Source: an uncultured Acidobacteriota bacterium | GTDB lineage: Bacteria > Acidobacteriota > UBA6911 | NCBI GenBank assembly: GCA_963809485.1 | Contig: CAWEJX010000008.1 | Span: 96,001 to 160,000, forward strand | DNA: 64,000 bases | Direction of reading: 5' to 3' | Shown here: piece by piece, positions 1 through 10,391 of the stretch | Layout of the letters: the number at the start of each line of letters is the position of its first letter | How positions within the stretch are numbered: position 1 is the first letter of the stretch | Position numbers and translations under genes: made by a program | Notes under the pieces: model-generated | The model's database searches: none | What the model was told of the DNA's origin: nothing | What the model saw: only the letters and a program-made list of their open reading frames with translations

Positions 1-1
1 T

Positions 2-262
2 CCGTATTTTCTGGTTTTCGTTCCGGTCATAACCCTGATCTCGATGATTCCCATCAGCCTGAACGGCATGGGATTGAGGGAATATTCCTTCATGAGCCTG
101 TTCGGGGCGGTCGGCGTGCCGCCGGAGTCCTGCATCGCCCTGGGACTGGCTTCCTCCCTTGTTTTGATCCTTTCCTCCATCCCGGGGGGAATCGTCTATC
201 TGTTTTTCAGGAACCGGGCCGATATGCAGCAACTGTCCGAAATGGAAAACGAATTCTCATGA
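2..262 (+). CDS. Partial lysylphosphatidylglycerol synthase TM / flippase-like (UPF0104) membrane protein, C-terminus
   Basis: Frame is open from the window edge; hydrophobic, with PISxNGMGLRE motif; stop overlaps the GT2 start (ATGA). Confidence 0.7.
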   Translation, partial: PYFLVFVPVITLISMIPISLNGMGLREYSFMSLFGAVGVPPESCIALGLASSLVLILSSIPGGIVYLFFRNRADMQQLSEMENEFS

Positions 263-1254
263 GCGAAAAGATCTCGATTATCGTTCCTGTGTACAACGAA
301 CGGGAAAACCTGGATGCGCTTGTTCGCGGCCTTCATGAGGCAATGGAGCCAACCGGAGAGGACTACGAAGTTCTGCTCATCGACGACGGCAGCACCGACG
401 GAAGCGCAGCGTATATGGAATCGCTGCCACAAAAATACCCCCGGGTGCGCGTGATACGATTTCGAAGAAACTTCGGTCAGACGGCGGCCATGGCAGCGGG
501 TTTCGACTACGCCGCCGGCAGTATCCTGGTTCCTATCGACGCGGATCTGCAGAACGATCCGCGGGACATACCCTCGATCCTCGCCAGGCTGCGGGAGGGA
601 TACGACGTCGTCAGCTGCTGGCGCCAGGACCGGCAGGATCCATGGCTGACGCGCCGGCTGCCCTCGAAATTCGCCAATATGCTCATCTCCCGCATCGGGG
701 GAGTCTCCCTTCACGACTACGGGTGCACGCTGAAGGGATATCGCCGTGAAGTTGTCGAACACATAAGGCTTTACGGGGAAATGCATCGCTTTATACCCAT
801 CTATGCTTCCTGGGCGGGAGCCAGCGTCACCGAAATCCCGGTACGGCACCATGCACGCAAATTCGGCGCCAGCAAGTACGGGCTGTCGCGCACCTTCAAA
901 GTCCTATTGGACCTGATTACGCTTAAAATGCTCGGAAGCTATTCCACCAAGCCGATGTATTTTTTCGGAGGTGTCGGATTGCTTTCCTGCAGCGGCGGTT
1001 TCTTTTTTGCTGCCTGGACTCTGTTGGACAAATATGTCAACAGTGTCAAAGCCCATAACAATCCTCTGCTGCTGCTCGCGGTTTTTCTTTTTCTCGTCGG
1101 CATTCAGTTTATTTTGATGGGGCTGGTCGCAGAGCTCGTGATTCGTACCTATTTTGAATCTCAGGGGAAGCCGCCGTACATCGTCCGGTATATACGGGAA
1201 CGCAAGATTACGCCCGAAGCGGCGCACGGCCCGGACAGAACTTCGGATCCATAA
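259..1254 (+). CDS. Glycosyltransferase family 2, polyprenol-phosphate type (ArnC/GtrB-like)
   Basis: IIVPVYNE, DDGSTD, RNFGQTAA and DADLQNDP motifs; two C-terminal TM helices. Confidence 0.92.
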   Translation: MSEKISIIVPVYNERENLDALVRGLHEAMEPTGEDYEVLLIDDGSTDGSAAYMESLPQKYPRVRVIRFRRNFGQTAAMAAGFDYAAGSILVPIDADLQNDPRDIPSILARLREGYDVVSCWRQDRQDPWLTRRLPSKFANMLISRIGGVSLHDYGCTLKGYRREVVEHIRLYGEMHRFIPIYASWAGASVTEIPVRHHARKFGASKYGLSRTFKVLLDLITLKMLGSYSTKPMYFFGGVGLLSCSGGFFFAAWTLLDKYVNSVKAHNNPLLLLAVFLFLVGIQFILMGLVAELVIRTYFESQGKPPYIVRYIRERKITPEAAHGPDRTSDP

Positions 1255-1406
1255 TCGGGGTCCGGTCATGGGATTCGGGGGAAAAGAGAAAATGCACCGA
1301 TACGGGTTTACAATCGCGCGTCTCCGCTTTCCAATCCGCGGCTTGCGGCTGTCCAACGACCCTGTCGCTGCCGGGAGCTGTGAGGAACGGGATTCAGGAT
1401 TTTGAT

Positions 1407-2192
1407 ATGACGGACACTCAATTGTTTTTGGAGCAGTTTGCGTTTCAGTCGCATGCGCTGGTCAATTTTGTCGGGGGCGGCGGGAAGACGGCCCTGATAC
1501 ACAGGCTGATGCAGGAATGCTCCGCCTCCGGGACGGTTCTCTGCACGACCACCACCAGAATCCATCCCCCGGGACCCGGCGAAGGATTGGTCCTGATCTC
1601 CACCGACAACCTTCCTCTTCTGAAGATAATGGCGGAACGCGTCGGCCGCGACCAAACGGAAAAACCCTACAAGCTTATTGTCACCCGCGGCTTCATGAGC
1701 CCAAACCTCCTGCGGGGCGTCCCCGCCGATTTCGGCGACGCGCTGGACCGCAGTTTGTTCCCCATAATGCTCAACGAAGCGGACGGCGCCGCGAGCTTTT
1801 CCGTCAAACTGCCCCGTGAGGGGGAACCTGTTCTGATGAACAACGCCGAATACCTGGTTCCTGTCCTGGGCATGGATTGCCTGAATCAACCGATCGGGCC
1901 GACGGTCGTTTTCCGCTTCCGCGCTTTGGGAAAGCTCTTCTCTCTGCGGGAAGGATATCCGCTTACTCCCCAGACGGTGGCAAACATACTGATGCACCGT
2001 CAGGGAGTGTGCAAAGGCTGGCAGGAGGGCATGACCCTCATCCCCTTTATCAACAAGGTGGATGATGCATCGCAGGATGGCGTCGCAAGGGATCTGGCCC
2101 TGCGCATCCTGCACAACAGCAACTTTCCCGTGAAGCGGGTGCTGTTCGGCAGCGTGCTTCATGGAAAAATCGACTCGATTTCCGCTTCCTGA
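1407..2192 (+). CDS. yqeC: Selenium-dependent hydroxylase accessory protein YqeC
   Basis: VGGGGKT, TTTTRI, EADGA and C-terminal FINKVD motifs; ATG at 1407 preferred over GTG at 1380. Confidence 0.8.
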   Translation: MTDTQLFLEQFAFQSHALVNFVGGGGKTALIHRLMQECSASGTVLCTTTTRIHPPGPGEGLVLISTDNLPLLKIMAERVGRDQTEKPYKLIVTRGFMSPNLLRGVPADFGDALDRSLFPIMLNEADGAASFSVKLPREGEPVLMNNAEYLVPVLGMDCLNQPIGPTVVFRFRALGKLFSLREGYPLTPQTVANILMHRQGVCKGWQEGMTLIPFINKVDDASQDGVARDLALRILHNSNFPVKRVLFGSVLHGKIDSISAS

Positions 2193-2197
2193 CAACC

Positions 2198-3004
2198 ATG
2201 AAAGCCTCCCGGATCGAAAGCAGAGACAATCCGCTGATTAAGACCATCCGTCGCGTGGCAGGAGCCTCACGACAGGCTCCGGAAGAACTGGTGATTGCCG
2301 AAGGCATGCGCGTGCTGGAGGAAGTTGAGCGCGCCGGTTGTGAAATAGAGGCTGCGGTATTTTCGGAGAACTTCGGGCGTTCCCCAAGGGAGCGAAGACT
2401 GCTACAGGTATGGAGTTCGCGGGCCATTCGCGCTTGCAGGGTCCCGGAAAGCCTCTTCGAATATATCTCGGGCGTCCAGACACCCCAGGGCTCCCTGGCC
2501 CTGGTGCGCATCCCCATTCTGTCCCTTTCGAATGTCCGCCCCTCCCCGGAATGCCTCATCCTTTTTGCCTGCGGGATCCAGGATCCCGGCAATCTCGGCA
2601 CGCTGATCCGTACAGCCGCCGCAGCCGGTGCAAGTCTGGTTTGCACCGCCCCGGGCACGGTTTCAGCCAGAAATCCCAAAGTGATCCGCGCCAGCGCCGG
2701 CACATTTTTTCGCCTCCCTGTGGCTGAAAATATCGGGCTTTCGGACTTCCGGCAATATTGCGAGCATAACGCCATACGGCTATACCGGACCGATACGCGG
2801 GAGGGGACGGTCTATACCAAAGCGGAATTGCAGTCGTCCTGCGCCATTCTGCTGGGCAACGAAGGCGGCGGCCTGTCGGAAAAGGAATCTGCCGGAATTG
2901 CGGCAATACGAATCCCCATGGCAAAGGGAGTAGAATCACTTAATGTGGCCATGGCAGGATCGATCATACTTTTTGAGGCTGCCAGACAGCGCATGAAGTT
3001 TTAG
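2198..3004 (+). CDS. TrmH/SpoU family RNA 2'-O-methyltransferase
   Basis: IQDPGNLGTLIRTA, LGNEGGG, IPM..VESLNVAMA motifs. Confidence 0.93.
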   Translation: MKASRIESRDNPLIKTIRRVAGASRQAPEELVIAEGMRVLEEVERAGCEIEAAVFSENFGRSPRERRLLQVWSSRAIRACRVPESLFEYISGVQTPQGSLALVRIPILSLSNVRPSPECLILFACGIQDPGNLGTLIRTAAAAGASLVCTAPGTVSARNPKVIRASAGTFFRLPVAENIGLSDFRQYCEHNAIRLYRTDTREGTVYTKAELQSSCAILLGNEGGGLSEKESAGIAAIRIPMAKGVESLNVAMAGSIILFEAARQRMKF

Positions 3005-3038
3005 AGAACATTCATGCTCAGGCGCCGTGGAGTCCAGG

Positions 3039-4391
3039 ATGCCCCGGACACTTTTTCCCGAATCTGACCAACCGCCGGTAACGGGCGAAACGCCCCTGGC
3101 TGAGCGCCTGCGCCCGCGCAGCCTGGATGAGATCCTCGGCCAGGAACACCTCATAGGAAAGGGCAAGGTCCTGCGGGTGATGGTGGAACAGGACCAGCTT
3201 ACGTCCATTATTCTCTGGGGCCCTCCGGGAACCGGGAAGACCACGCTGGCCCGTATCATGGCCAAACAGACCCGCTCGCCCTTTGTTGCCTACAGCGCCG
3301 TTCTCTCCGGTATCAAAGAGATCAAGACCGTCATGGCCGAAGCCGAAACCTACTTCCGCCGGGCTCAGGGAAAAACGGTCGTATTCGTTGATGAAATCCA
3401 TCGTTTTAACAAAGCCCAGCAGGATGCATTCCTGCCCTATGTGGAATCGGGCGTCATCGTGCTCATCGGAGCGACAACCGAAAATCCCTCATTTGAAGTG
3501 ATCGGCCCGCTGCTATCGCGCTGCAAAGTTTATGTTCTTAATCCCCTGCAGCCGGACGAAATTGAAGCGATCCTGCGCCGCGCCCTAACCGACGGCGAGC
3601 GGGGGCTGGGCCAGCTTTCCGTTACCGCGCCGGACGAAGTGCTGCACCAGCTGGCTGTATATGCCAACGGCGATGCCCGCATCGCGCTCAATATTTTTGA
3701 GCTTGCCGTTTCCCTGGTACAGGGGCGCAACCCGGGCGCGCCGCCTGTTGTGACCACAGCCGACCTGGAATCTGCGTTGCAGCGCAAAATCCTTCAGTAC
3801 GACAAGGCGGGAGAGGAACACTACAACCTCATTTCTGCACTGCACAAATCGATGCGCAACAGCGATCCCGACGCTTCCCTGTACTGGCTCGGCCGCATGC
3901 TGGAGGCAGGGGAAGATCCTGTTTATATCGCGCGCCGTATGGTGAGGTTCGCCTCCGAAGACGTAGGACTGGCCGATGTCCGGGCATTGAGTGTCGCGTT
4001 GAATGCAACCGACGCCGTTCGCCTGGTCGGATTGCCCGAATGCAAACTTGCGCTTGCCCAGGCTGCCGTCTACTTGTCCATCGCCCCGAAATCAAACGCC
4101 CTCTATACGGGCTATTCCGCGGTGGTTTCCGATGTCCAGAGCAGTTTCAACGAGCCTCCCCCCCTGCATATCCGAAACGCACCCACGAACCTGATGAAGG
4201 AGTTGGGATACGGCAAAGGATATCAATATGCCCACGATACCACGGAAAAGGTCGCCGACATGGAGTGCCTGCCGGAATCGTTGCGCGGCCGGCGCTATTA
4301 TCATCCGACAGACCAGGGTATGGAACGGCGCATCGGAGAAATTCTGGCCGATATAAGGGAAAGAAAGAAGCGAACCTCAGCCAAAAGCTGA
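3039..4391 (+). CDS. rarA: Replication-associated recombination protein A (AAA+)
   Basis: PLAERLRP, WGPPGTGKTT, DEIHRFNKAQQD, ATTENPSF; MgsA C-terminal domain. Confidence 0.96.
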   Translation: MPRTLFPESDQPPVTGETPLAERLRPRSLDEILGQEHLIGKGKVLRVMVEQDQLTSIILWGPPGTGKTTLARIMAKQTRSPFVAYSAVLSGIKEIKTVMAEAETYFRRAQGKTVVFVDEIHRFNKAQQDAFLPYVESGVIVLIGATTENPSFEVIGPLLSRCKVYVLNPLQPDEIEAILRRALTDGERGLGQLSVTAPDEVLHQLAVYANGDARIALNIFELAVSLVQGRNPGAPPVVTTADLESALQRKILQYDKAGEEHYNLISALHKSMRNSDPDASLYWLGRMLEAGEDPVYIARRMVRFASEDVGLADVRALSVALNATDAVRLVGLPECKLALAQAAVYLSIAPKSNALYTGYSAVVSDVQSSFNEPPPLHIRNAPTNLMKELGYGKGYQYAHDTTEKVADMECLPESLRGRRYYHPTDQGMERRIGEILADIRERKKRTSAKS

Positions 4392-4451
4392 CACTGCGGC
4401 GAGATCACTTATACTGGTTCGCTTTTGTAGCCCAGCCGGAGGAAACCGGTG

Positions 4452-5294
4452 CTAAAATTGATATCTTATGTAATAGATTAACACTACCAAGGCAAGTATC
4501 CATCGATAAATGATAAATGGGAACAAACTTTTGGTCTGCAAATAGCGCAGGAAATAGCGGATGCATAGGAAACCGGTGATAGCGGCGCAAAGCGTTCCGG
4601 TTGCCATTGCCAATACAGCCCAGCCCGCAACTGCCGTGTCGGCCGCCGGGTAGCGGGCAGCCTCCACCATGCGCAAGCTTGACAGGATCCCGGCTCCGAT
4701 GATTACGGGTGTGGACAAAAGGAAGGAAAATCTTGCGGCGCTTTGGCGGTCGCTGTCACGAAACATGGCGGCCGTGATGGTTACTCCGCTTCGCGATACT
4801 CCAGGAATCAGGGCGATTGCCTGGCACAAGCCGATCCAGATGCCATCGGCCCAGCTGAATTGCTCGATGGTGCGGTTCTGACGACCTTTTCGCTCCGCCC
4901 ACAGCAACAAAGCCCCAAATAGGACCAGCGTAAAAACCGTAATCAGTGGAGATCGAAGCTGCGTCTCAACCGCTTTTTCCAGCGCAAGTCCCATGACCAT
5001 AGCGGGCAGTGTGCCAACGACCAGGAGCCAGAAAAGCCTTTGAGACGGATTAGCCAGAAGGTTTCCCTGCCTGAATCCGCCGATCACCTCCCTTCCCAGC
5101 CGAATCCAGTCGGACCAGAAATAGGCCAGGACAGCGATAGCGGTGCCGACATGCAGGGAAACGTCAAAGACAATGCCCTCAGGACTCCAGCCCAAAAACC
5201 ACGGGACGAGAATCAGGTGTGCCGAACTGCTTATGGGTAAAAACTCCGTGAGTCCCTGGATAATGCCGAGAATTGCAGCCGAAAAAATCTCCAT
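4452..5294 (-). CDS. uppP: Undecaprenyl-diphosphate phosphatase
   Basis: QGLTEFLPISSSAH and PGVSRSG motifs; multiple TM helices. Confidence 0.96.
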   Translation of the reverse strand: MEIFSAAILGIIQGLTEFLPISSSAHLILVPWFLGWSPEGIVFDVSLHVGTAIAVLAYFWSDWIRLGREVIGGFRQGNLLANPSQRLFWLLVVGTLPAMVMGLALEKAVETQLRSPLITVFTLVLFGALLLWAERKGRQNRTIEQFSWADGIWIGLCQAIALIPGVSRSGVTITAAMFRDSDRQSAARFSFLLSTPVIIGAGILSSLRMVEAARYPAADTAVAGWAVLAMATGTLCAAITGFLCIRYFLRYLQTKSLFPFIIYRWILALVVLIYYIRYQF

Positions 5295-5317
5295 CCAACC
5301 TCCGCGCCGCTAAAGCA

Positions 5318-5620
5318 GTGAATATTCTCCGGCATTGCCGGGCCTTACGGTTGCTGGTTCTTCAAAGGCGCCTGATCGCATCCGGCAAAAGATGAAAGAG
5401 GTCCCAACCGCCATAGATGCTTTGGAACCGCAGAATGTCGAATATCGAATGATGAATTTCGAAGTGTGGCTCTTGGCTCTGCGGTTCGATATTCGAAATT
5501 CGACATTCGATATTCCAGCGTTTATTTCTTTGGTTATTGTTCGGACCTGGGAACAAAAAATCCAGGATTTGTCAAACTCGTACTGTCTCCGGCAAAGCCG
5601 GGGGAATTCCCAACGGATTG
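5318..5620. mobile_element. Non-autonomous IS200/IS605-end element, type B (TCGAAT-heptamer cargo)
   Basis: Colinear similarity to 47828-48138; hairpin ends CTCCGGCattGCCGG and GTCAAAC..CCGGCAAAGCCGGGGG; internal GAACCGCAGA..TCTGCGGTTC palindrome with heptamer repeats. Confidence 0.7.
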
Positions 5621-5663
5621 GTGTCGGGATTATACTGTTCTTCCAAAGATGCGCGAAATAGAA

Positions 5664-5778
5664 AGTCAGCAGCCAGAAGCAGGAATCCGGAAGGTGGAAT
5701 TATTTGTTGGAGGAAATGTGCCAACGGCCAATTTGTTCTGGCTCCTGTCTTCCTTTTTCTTGCATCCTATCTTCCGGC
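5664..5778. repeat. Degenerate inverted heptamer array
   Basis: AGTCAGC AGCCAGA AGCAGGA ATCCGGA facing TTCTGGC TCCTGTC TTCC, just downstream of rocD. Confidence 0.45.
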
Positions 5779-6981
5779 TCATGGCTCCGTGAAGACCGTC
5801 TCGATTCTTTCCAGGGCCCAGTCGATTTCATCTTTTCCGATGATCAGCGGAGGCGCGAACCTTACCGTGTCCTCGTGAGTCTCTTTGCACAGCATGCCCA
5901 GGGTCATGAGCTTTTCACAGTAGCGCCTTGCCCCTCCCGCTTCAGGCATCAGCTCTACGCCAATCATCAGGCCTTTGCCTCGAACCTCACGGATAACCGG
6001 GCTCTTTATTTGTTTCAGCTGCCCCATGAAGTATTGGCCCATTTTCGCCGCGTTTTCGATCATGCCTTCTTCGATCAGCACTTTCAGCGCGGTTCGCGCG
6101 ACAGCGCAGGCCAGCGGATTGCCGCCGAAGGTGCTGCCGTGTTCTCCCGGACGCAGCACGCCCAGTACTTCGGTGCTGGAAAGCACCGCCGACACAGGGT
6201 AAAAGCCGCCCGAGAGCGCTTTGCCGATAATGGTCAAATCGGCTTCGACGTGATCGTGCTCTTCGGCCAGAAGCTTGCCGGTCCGCCCGAGACCGGTCTG
6301 GATTTCGTCAAGAACAAACAGGACACGGTTCCTCGCACAGATCTTTTGGGCTTCGGCCAGGTATCCGGCAGGCGGCACCAGGACTCCCGCCTCACCCTGG
6401 ATCGGCTCGACCAGGAACCCGGCCGTATTGGGTGTGATGGCCTTTTCCAGGGCCGCCGCGTCACCGAAAGGAACTACTTTGAATCCGGGCGTAAACGGTC
6501 CGAAACCTTCGCGGTAGTGCTCGTCGGTGCTGAAGCCGACAATCGTGATGGTGCGGCCGTGAAAATTATTGGCGCAAACGACGATTTCCGCCGCGTTGCG
6601 CGGCACACCCTTGACCTGATACGCCCACTTCCGCACGGCCTTGATAACGGTTTCTACAGCCTCCGCTCCGCTGTTCATGGGAAGGACTTTATGAGACCGG
6701 GTGAGATCGCAGAGCTCCTTGTAGAAAAGTCCCAGCTGATCGTTGCGGAACGCGCGGGAGGTCAGCGTGATTTTTTGCGCCTGCTCCTGAAGCGTGGCCA
6801 AAATCCTTGGATGGCAGTGTCCCTGGTTGACGGCCGAGTAAGCGGACAGGCAATCCATGTACTTGTTGCCATCCACATCCCACACCCATATTCCCTGGCC
6901 TCGCGTCAGGACAACATCCAGTGGTTTGTAGTTATGCGCGCCATAGGTTTCTTCCAGCTGTATGTAGCCCTTGGTGTCCAT
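5779..6981 (-). CDS. rocD: Ornithine--oxo-acid transaminase
   Basis: [54 protein letters not shown]. Confidence 0.95.
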   Translation of the reverse strand: MDTKGYIQLEETYGAHNYKPLDVVLTRGQGIWVWDVDGNKYMDCLSAYSAVNQGHCHPRILATLQEQAQKITLTSRAFRNDQLGLFYKELCDLTRSHKVLPMNSGAEAVETVIKAVRKWAYQVKGVPRNAAEIVVCANNFHGRTITIVGFSTDEHYREGFGPFTPGFKVVPFGDAAALEKAITPNTAGFLVEPIQGEAGVLVPPAGYLAEAQKICARNRVLFVLDEIQTGLGRTGKLLAEEHDHVEADLTIIGKALSGGFYPVSAVLSSTEVLGVLRPGEHGSTFGGNPLACAVARTALKVLIEEGMIENAAKMGQYFMGQLKQIKSPVIREVRGKGLMIGVELMPEAGGARRYCEKLMTLGMLCKETHEDTVRFAPPLIIGKDEIDWALERIETVFTEP

Positions 6982-7226
6982 AAATCCTCCTGCCGGGTAT
7001 CATAGAAATAGCATAGAGTCCCCTGGTCAGGCAACGCGCTGTTTTCCCGCAGCCTGCTGAAATCCCGGGATTCCGCCGTCCTCTTCGCCATCGGAGCCGG
7101 CCTTGCCGGCTGTCCGGTTTGAGGAGAAAATCTCCAAATTCCGGTTTCGGAACTTGAATCCGGTGGAATTCTTCGGGCGCCGGTATTATTCTTTCGCGTT
7201 TAGACATTGAGGGACGAGGAGCGTAC

Positions 7227-8111
7227 ATGCCGACCGCAAAAAAAATTCTCAAGATGGGGATGCCCAAAGGGAGTCTTCAGGAATCGACGATGGAACTGTT
7301 TCGCAAGGCGGGCATCCGCATCAGTTCCAGCGACCGTTCCTATTTCCCATACTGCGACGACGAGCAGATTGAAGTCATGCTCATCCGCTCCCAGGAAATG
7401 GGGAAATACGTTCAGGACGGGCTGTTCGATGCCGGAATCACCGGACAGGACTGGATTCTGGAAACCGGCGCCAAGGTCAAGCAGATCTGTGAGCTAGTGT
7501 ACGGGAAATCCGGATTCAAACCCGTGCGGTGGGTATTGGCTGTGCCCGAAAACTCAAAAATACGCTCCGTGGAGGATCTCCAGGGCAAAACCGTAGCAAC
7601 AGAAATCGTCCATTATGTAAAAAAATATCTGGCCAAAAGGAAAATAAAGGCCAGGGTGGAATATTCCTGGGGTGCCACGGAGGCCAAAGCCGGAATTCTG
7701 GTGGATGCCATCGTGGAACTCACCGAAACGGGCAGGTCCCTCAAGGCCAATCAGCTTCGCATCGTGGAGGACGTCCTTTCCTCCACCACCCGCTTCATCG
7801 CCAACAGGAAAGCTTGGGAGGATCCCTGGAAAAGGGAAAAGATGGAGAACATCGCGATTCTGCTCAAAGGCGCTCTGGCGGCTGAAGGCATGGTCGGATT
7901 GAAAATGAACCTGAAAGAGAGCGATTTGCCCAGGGTCATGGATCTTCTTCCATCGCTCAAGCGCCCTACGATCAGTCCGCTTACGATCCCGGGATGGATG
8001 GCGCTTGAAGTGGTCGTGGACGAAAATGTGGTGAAACGCATGATTCCCGATCTCAAGCGGGCCGGCGCCCAAGGCATCATCGAATACCCGCTCAACAAGC
8101 TCATCGTGTAG
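7227..8111 (+). CDS. hisG: ATP phosphoribosyltransferase, long form
   Basis: PKGSLQ, GITGQDW, SWGATE, ELTETGRSL; C-terminal regulatory domain present. Confidence 0.95.
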   Translation: MPTAKKILKMGMPKGSLQESTMELFRKAGIRISSSDRSYFPYCDDEQIEVMLIRSQEMGKYVQDGLFDAGITGQDWILETGAKVKQICELVYGKSGFKPVRWVLAVPENSKIRSVEDLQGKTVATEIVHYVKKYLAKRKIKARVEYSWGATEAKAGILVDAIVELTETGRSLKANQLRIVEDVLSSTTRFIANRKAWEDPWKREKMENIAILLKGALAAEGMVGLKMNLKESDLPRVMDLLPSLKRPTISPLTIPGWMALEVVVDENVVKRMIPDLKRAGAQGIIEYPLNKLIV

Positions 8112-8126
8112 TGGCCGCCTGGTCAC

Positions 8127-8960
8127 TCATTCGCTGTATTGCAGGACCTTCGCTTTGAAGGCTTCCAGCGTCAACCTGCCGGCTTTATAATCCGTGATCC
8201 AGGATTTCTGCGCGCAAAGAACATCGTGGCGTGTGCGCGGGTTCGCCGGATCCGAAATATTCAGAGGGCCGAAATCACCCACCGCCAGCACCAGGTTGAT
8301 GTATTCGGCTGGCTTGACGGTCGTCATCGAGTCCCCATAATTAGCCAGGGTCTCAATTAAATAATCTTTTATTTGAGGCAGCCTTTCCAAATATTGTTCA
8401 CGTTTTGCCTTAAGATTCTCGGCGTTCTGCTTTGCCTTTTTCTGGAATTCATCGATTTTTTGGCGAAGAGCTTCGTTTTTGGCCGGTGGTGCGGGAGGAG
8501 CGGGTGACGCCGGAGGCGCTTCGTAGGGCTTGCCTTTCTCCTGATTTGCCCGTTTGACATTTTCTCGAGCCAGTTCGGCTGCCTGCAGCGCCACCTCGCG
8601 GGCATTTGCTTCAACCTCTTGGGTTATATTTTCAATATCCTGATAAAACTCAGGATCGAGATTAACATCAACATCGACGAATCCGGACTGGTTAAAATTC
8701 CTCAGACCGGATCGGGGTATTACAAATACCGCTCCCTGGCCCGCGAGGTAAAAGGCATTGATGTTTGAGAACCGCCACGACGAGGAAGCACGCGGCGCGG
8801 AGTCCTGTGCAGCGAAAGAAAGCGCCGTGCCGAGAATGCCCTTCATGATTGCAAGCTCTTCCTGCGCTTTCCTGAGGTCAAAGGGAGTTTTCGTCCCTTG
8901 CGCCCAGCAGAGTGTTGCCGCGCCAATAAACATGAGCATTCCTGCAAATTGCTTTTTCAT
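8127..8960 (-). CDS. Secreted hypothetical protein of the ECF operon
   Basis: Signal peptide (ATLCWA), coiled-coil and Pro-rich linker; start overlaps the anti-sigma stop. Confidence 0.75.
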   Translation of the reverse strand: MKKQFAGMLMFIGAATLCWAQGTKTPFDLRKAQEELAIMKGILGTALSFAAQDSAPRASSSWRFSNINAFYLAGQGAVFVIPRSGLRNFNQSGFVDVDVNLDPEFYQDIENITQEVEANAREVALQAAELARENVKRANQEKGKPYEAPPASPAPPAPPAKNEALRQKIDEFQKKAKQNAENLKAKREQYLERLPQIKDYLIETLANYGDSMTTVKPAEYINLVLAVGDFGPLNISDPANPRTRHDVLCAQKSWITDYKAGRLTLEAFKAKVLQYSE

Positions 8961-9739
8961 TTCTGATCTCCATTTTGATTGAGCTTCAATTCCGCGACCT
9001 CGAGCAGCGTGCCCAGGATTTCGCTGGTCTGGCGCGACTTGATGGCGCTGTTGGCGCTGATAGCATCGAGGCGCAGATTCATGATTGCCAGATCCTGTGC
9101 CCGCTGATGGGATACTGTCTGATAGGCTGCGAAAACAATCTCCCTGGTATCCGCTCTCATGTGGTCTTCGGTTTGAGCAATTCGGCCTTTAAATCGGGAA
9201 TCCAGGCTTGTCAGTTCGCCTGCCAGCAGGTCTCGCTGCTGCCGCATTGCCAGAGCATTCGATGTATCGATTCGTGTTTGAACTTCCAGCATCCGGGTAT
9301 CGAGGATCTCGCGGTTCCGCGCTTCGGCGGCTTTCAGAATCTCTTCCTTGAGCTCCGGAATGTTTACCCTGTCGCCAAAACTCAAAGCCCATCCATCCGA
9401 ACCGGACCGTATCTGCAGGCGGGAAAATGCTGCCGCGCAAACCAGGAGAGCCAGGGCCATTGCGGCAGTGCCGAGCACCTGCCACGCCGGCCTCATCCGG
9501 CGAAAGAGCTGCCATGGAGTCAGTGTTCGTTCTTCCGGCTGCACGAAAAAGTGATGCGGGACCGGTTCGTCGCCTGCCGACTTCAGCTGTTCGAGCGCCT
9601 CGGCGTAGCTTGCCCGTTCTGTCCGGCAGTTTGCGCATTCGGCCAGATGCTCCTCGAGTCCCCGTCTTTCGTCTGCATCCATGTCTCCGAGGAAGAACCG
9701 CGCGATTTGTTTTTGATATTCGGTGCATTCGGATTTCAT
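8957..9739 (-). CDS. Zinc-finger (HxxxCxxC) transmembrane anti-sigma factor
   Basis: EEHLAECANC, one TM helix, directly downstream of the ECF sigma. Confidence 0.85.
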   Translation of the reverse strand: MKSECTEYQKQIARFFLGDMDADERRGLEEHLAECANCRTERASYAEALEQLKSAGDEPVPHHFFVQPEERTLTPWQLFRRMRPAWQVLGTAAMALALLVCAAAFSRLQIRSGSDGWALSFGDRVNIPELKEEILKAAEARNREILDTRMLEVQTRIDTSNALAMRQQRDLLAGELTSLDSRFKGRIAQTEDHMRADTREIVFAAYQTVSHQRAQDLAIMNLRLDAISANSAIKSRQTSEILGTLLEVAELKLNQNGDQK

Positions 9740-9758
9740 GGTTTGGATCTCCAGCCGG

Positions 9759-10391
9759 TCAATTGCCGGCACCAAGCCTGATTTTCAGCATTTCCAGGCC
9801 TGCATATAACCGTGATTTGATGGTGCTGATTGGGGTCTCGAGGACCGCGGCAATATCCTCGAAAGTGAGTTCCTGAAAAAATTTCAGCTCGACGACCGAG
9901 CGTTGATCCGGCGGCAGATGCGAAAGCGCATCGAGCACTTTAGTTCGCCTCTCCGCCCGGATCAGTTCCCTGCTCTGCGTCTCAGGAAACCGCAGCTGCT
10001 CCGCGGCGTTGATGCCGGAATCGGCGTCATCCAGGGAAAAATGAGCCCCGGGAGGCCGATGCCGGGCCCGGTTCACGCATTGGTTCAGCGCGATCCGATA
10101 CAACCAGGTGGAAAATTTCGAGTCCTTGCGGAAGCGCCTGATGTTTTTGAATGCGAGAAGAAAAGCCTCTTGGGTCGCCTCCGCGGCCTCCTCCCTGTCC
10201 CGAAGCATTCTCAAGGCAACGTTGTAGACGGTCCGCTCCCATTTCAATACCAGGCGGTTGAACGCCAGCGCATCTCCCTTTTGGCTTGCAGCAACCCACG
10301 AGGATTCCTGCTCTGGCGAAACAGATGAGATTCCGGCATGTACTGTCATCGAATCCGCGGTCCCGGTCATCGGCCTTTTGCGCTCCGTCAT
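9759..10391 (-). CDS. ECF RNA polymerase sigma factor
   Basis: GDALAFNRLV, FSTWLYRIALN, region 4 HTH; exact start uncertain (10391, 10370 or 10349). Confidence 0.92.
   Translation of the reverse strand: MTERKRPMTGTADSMTVHAGISSVSPEQESSWVAASQKGDALAFNRLVLKWERTVYNVALRMLRDREEAAEATQEAFLLAFKNIRRFRKDSKFSTWLYRIALNQCVNRARHRPPGAHFSLDDADSGINAAEQLRFPETQSRELIRAERRTKVLDALSHLPPDQRSVVELKFFQELTFEDIAAVLETPISTIKSRLYAGLEMLKIRLGAGN

Noticed and set aside
5425-5520. Possible CRISPR array
   Set aside because: Units are 7 nt and tandem, with no unique spacers and no cas genes
5335-5878. Several short ORFs over the type B element and heptamer array
   Set aside because: Low-complexity translations of repeats, not kept in other copies
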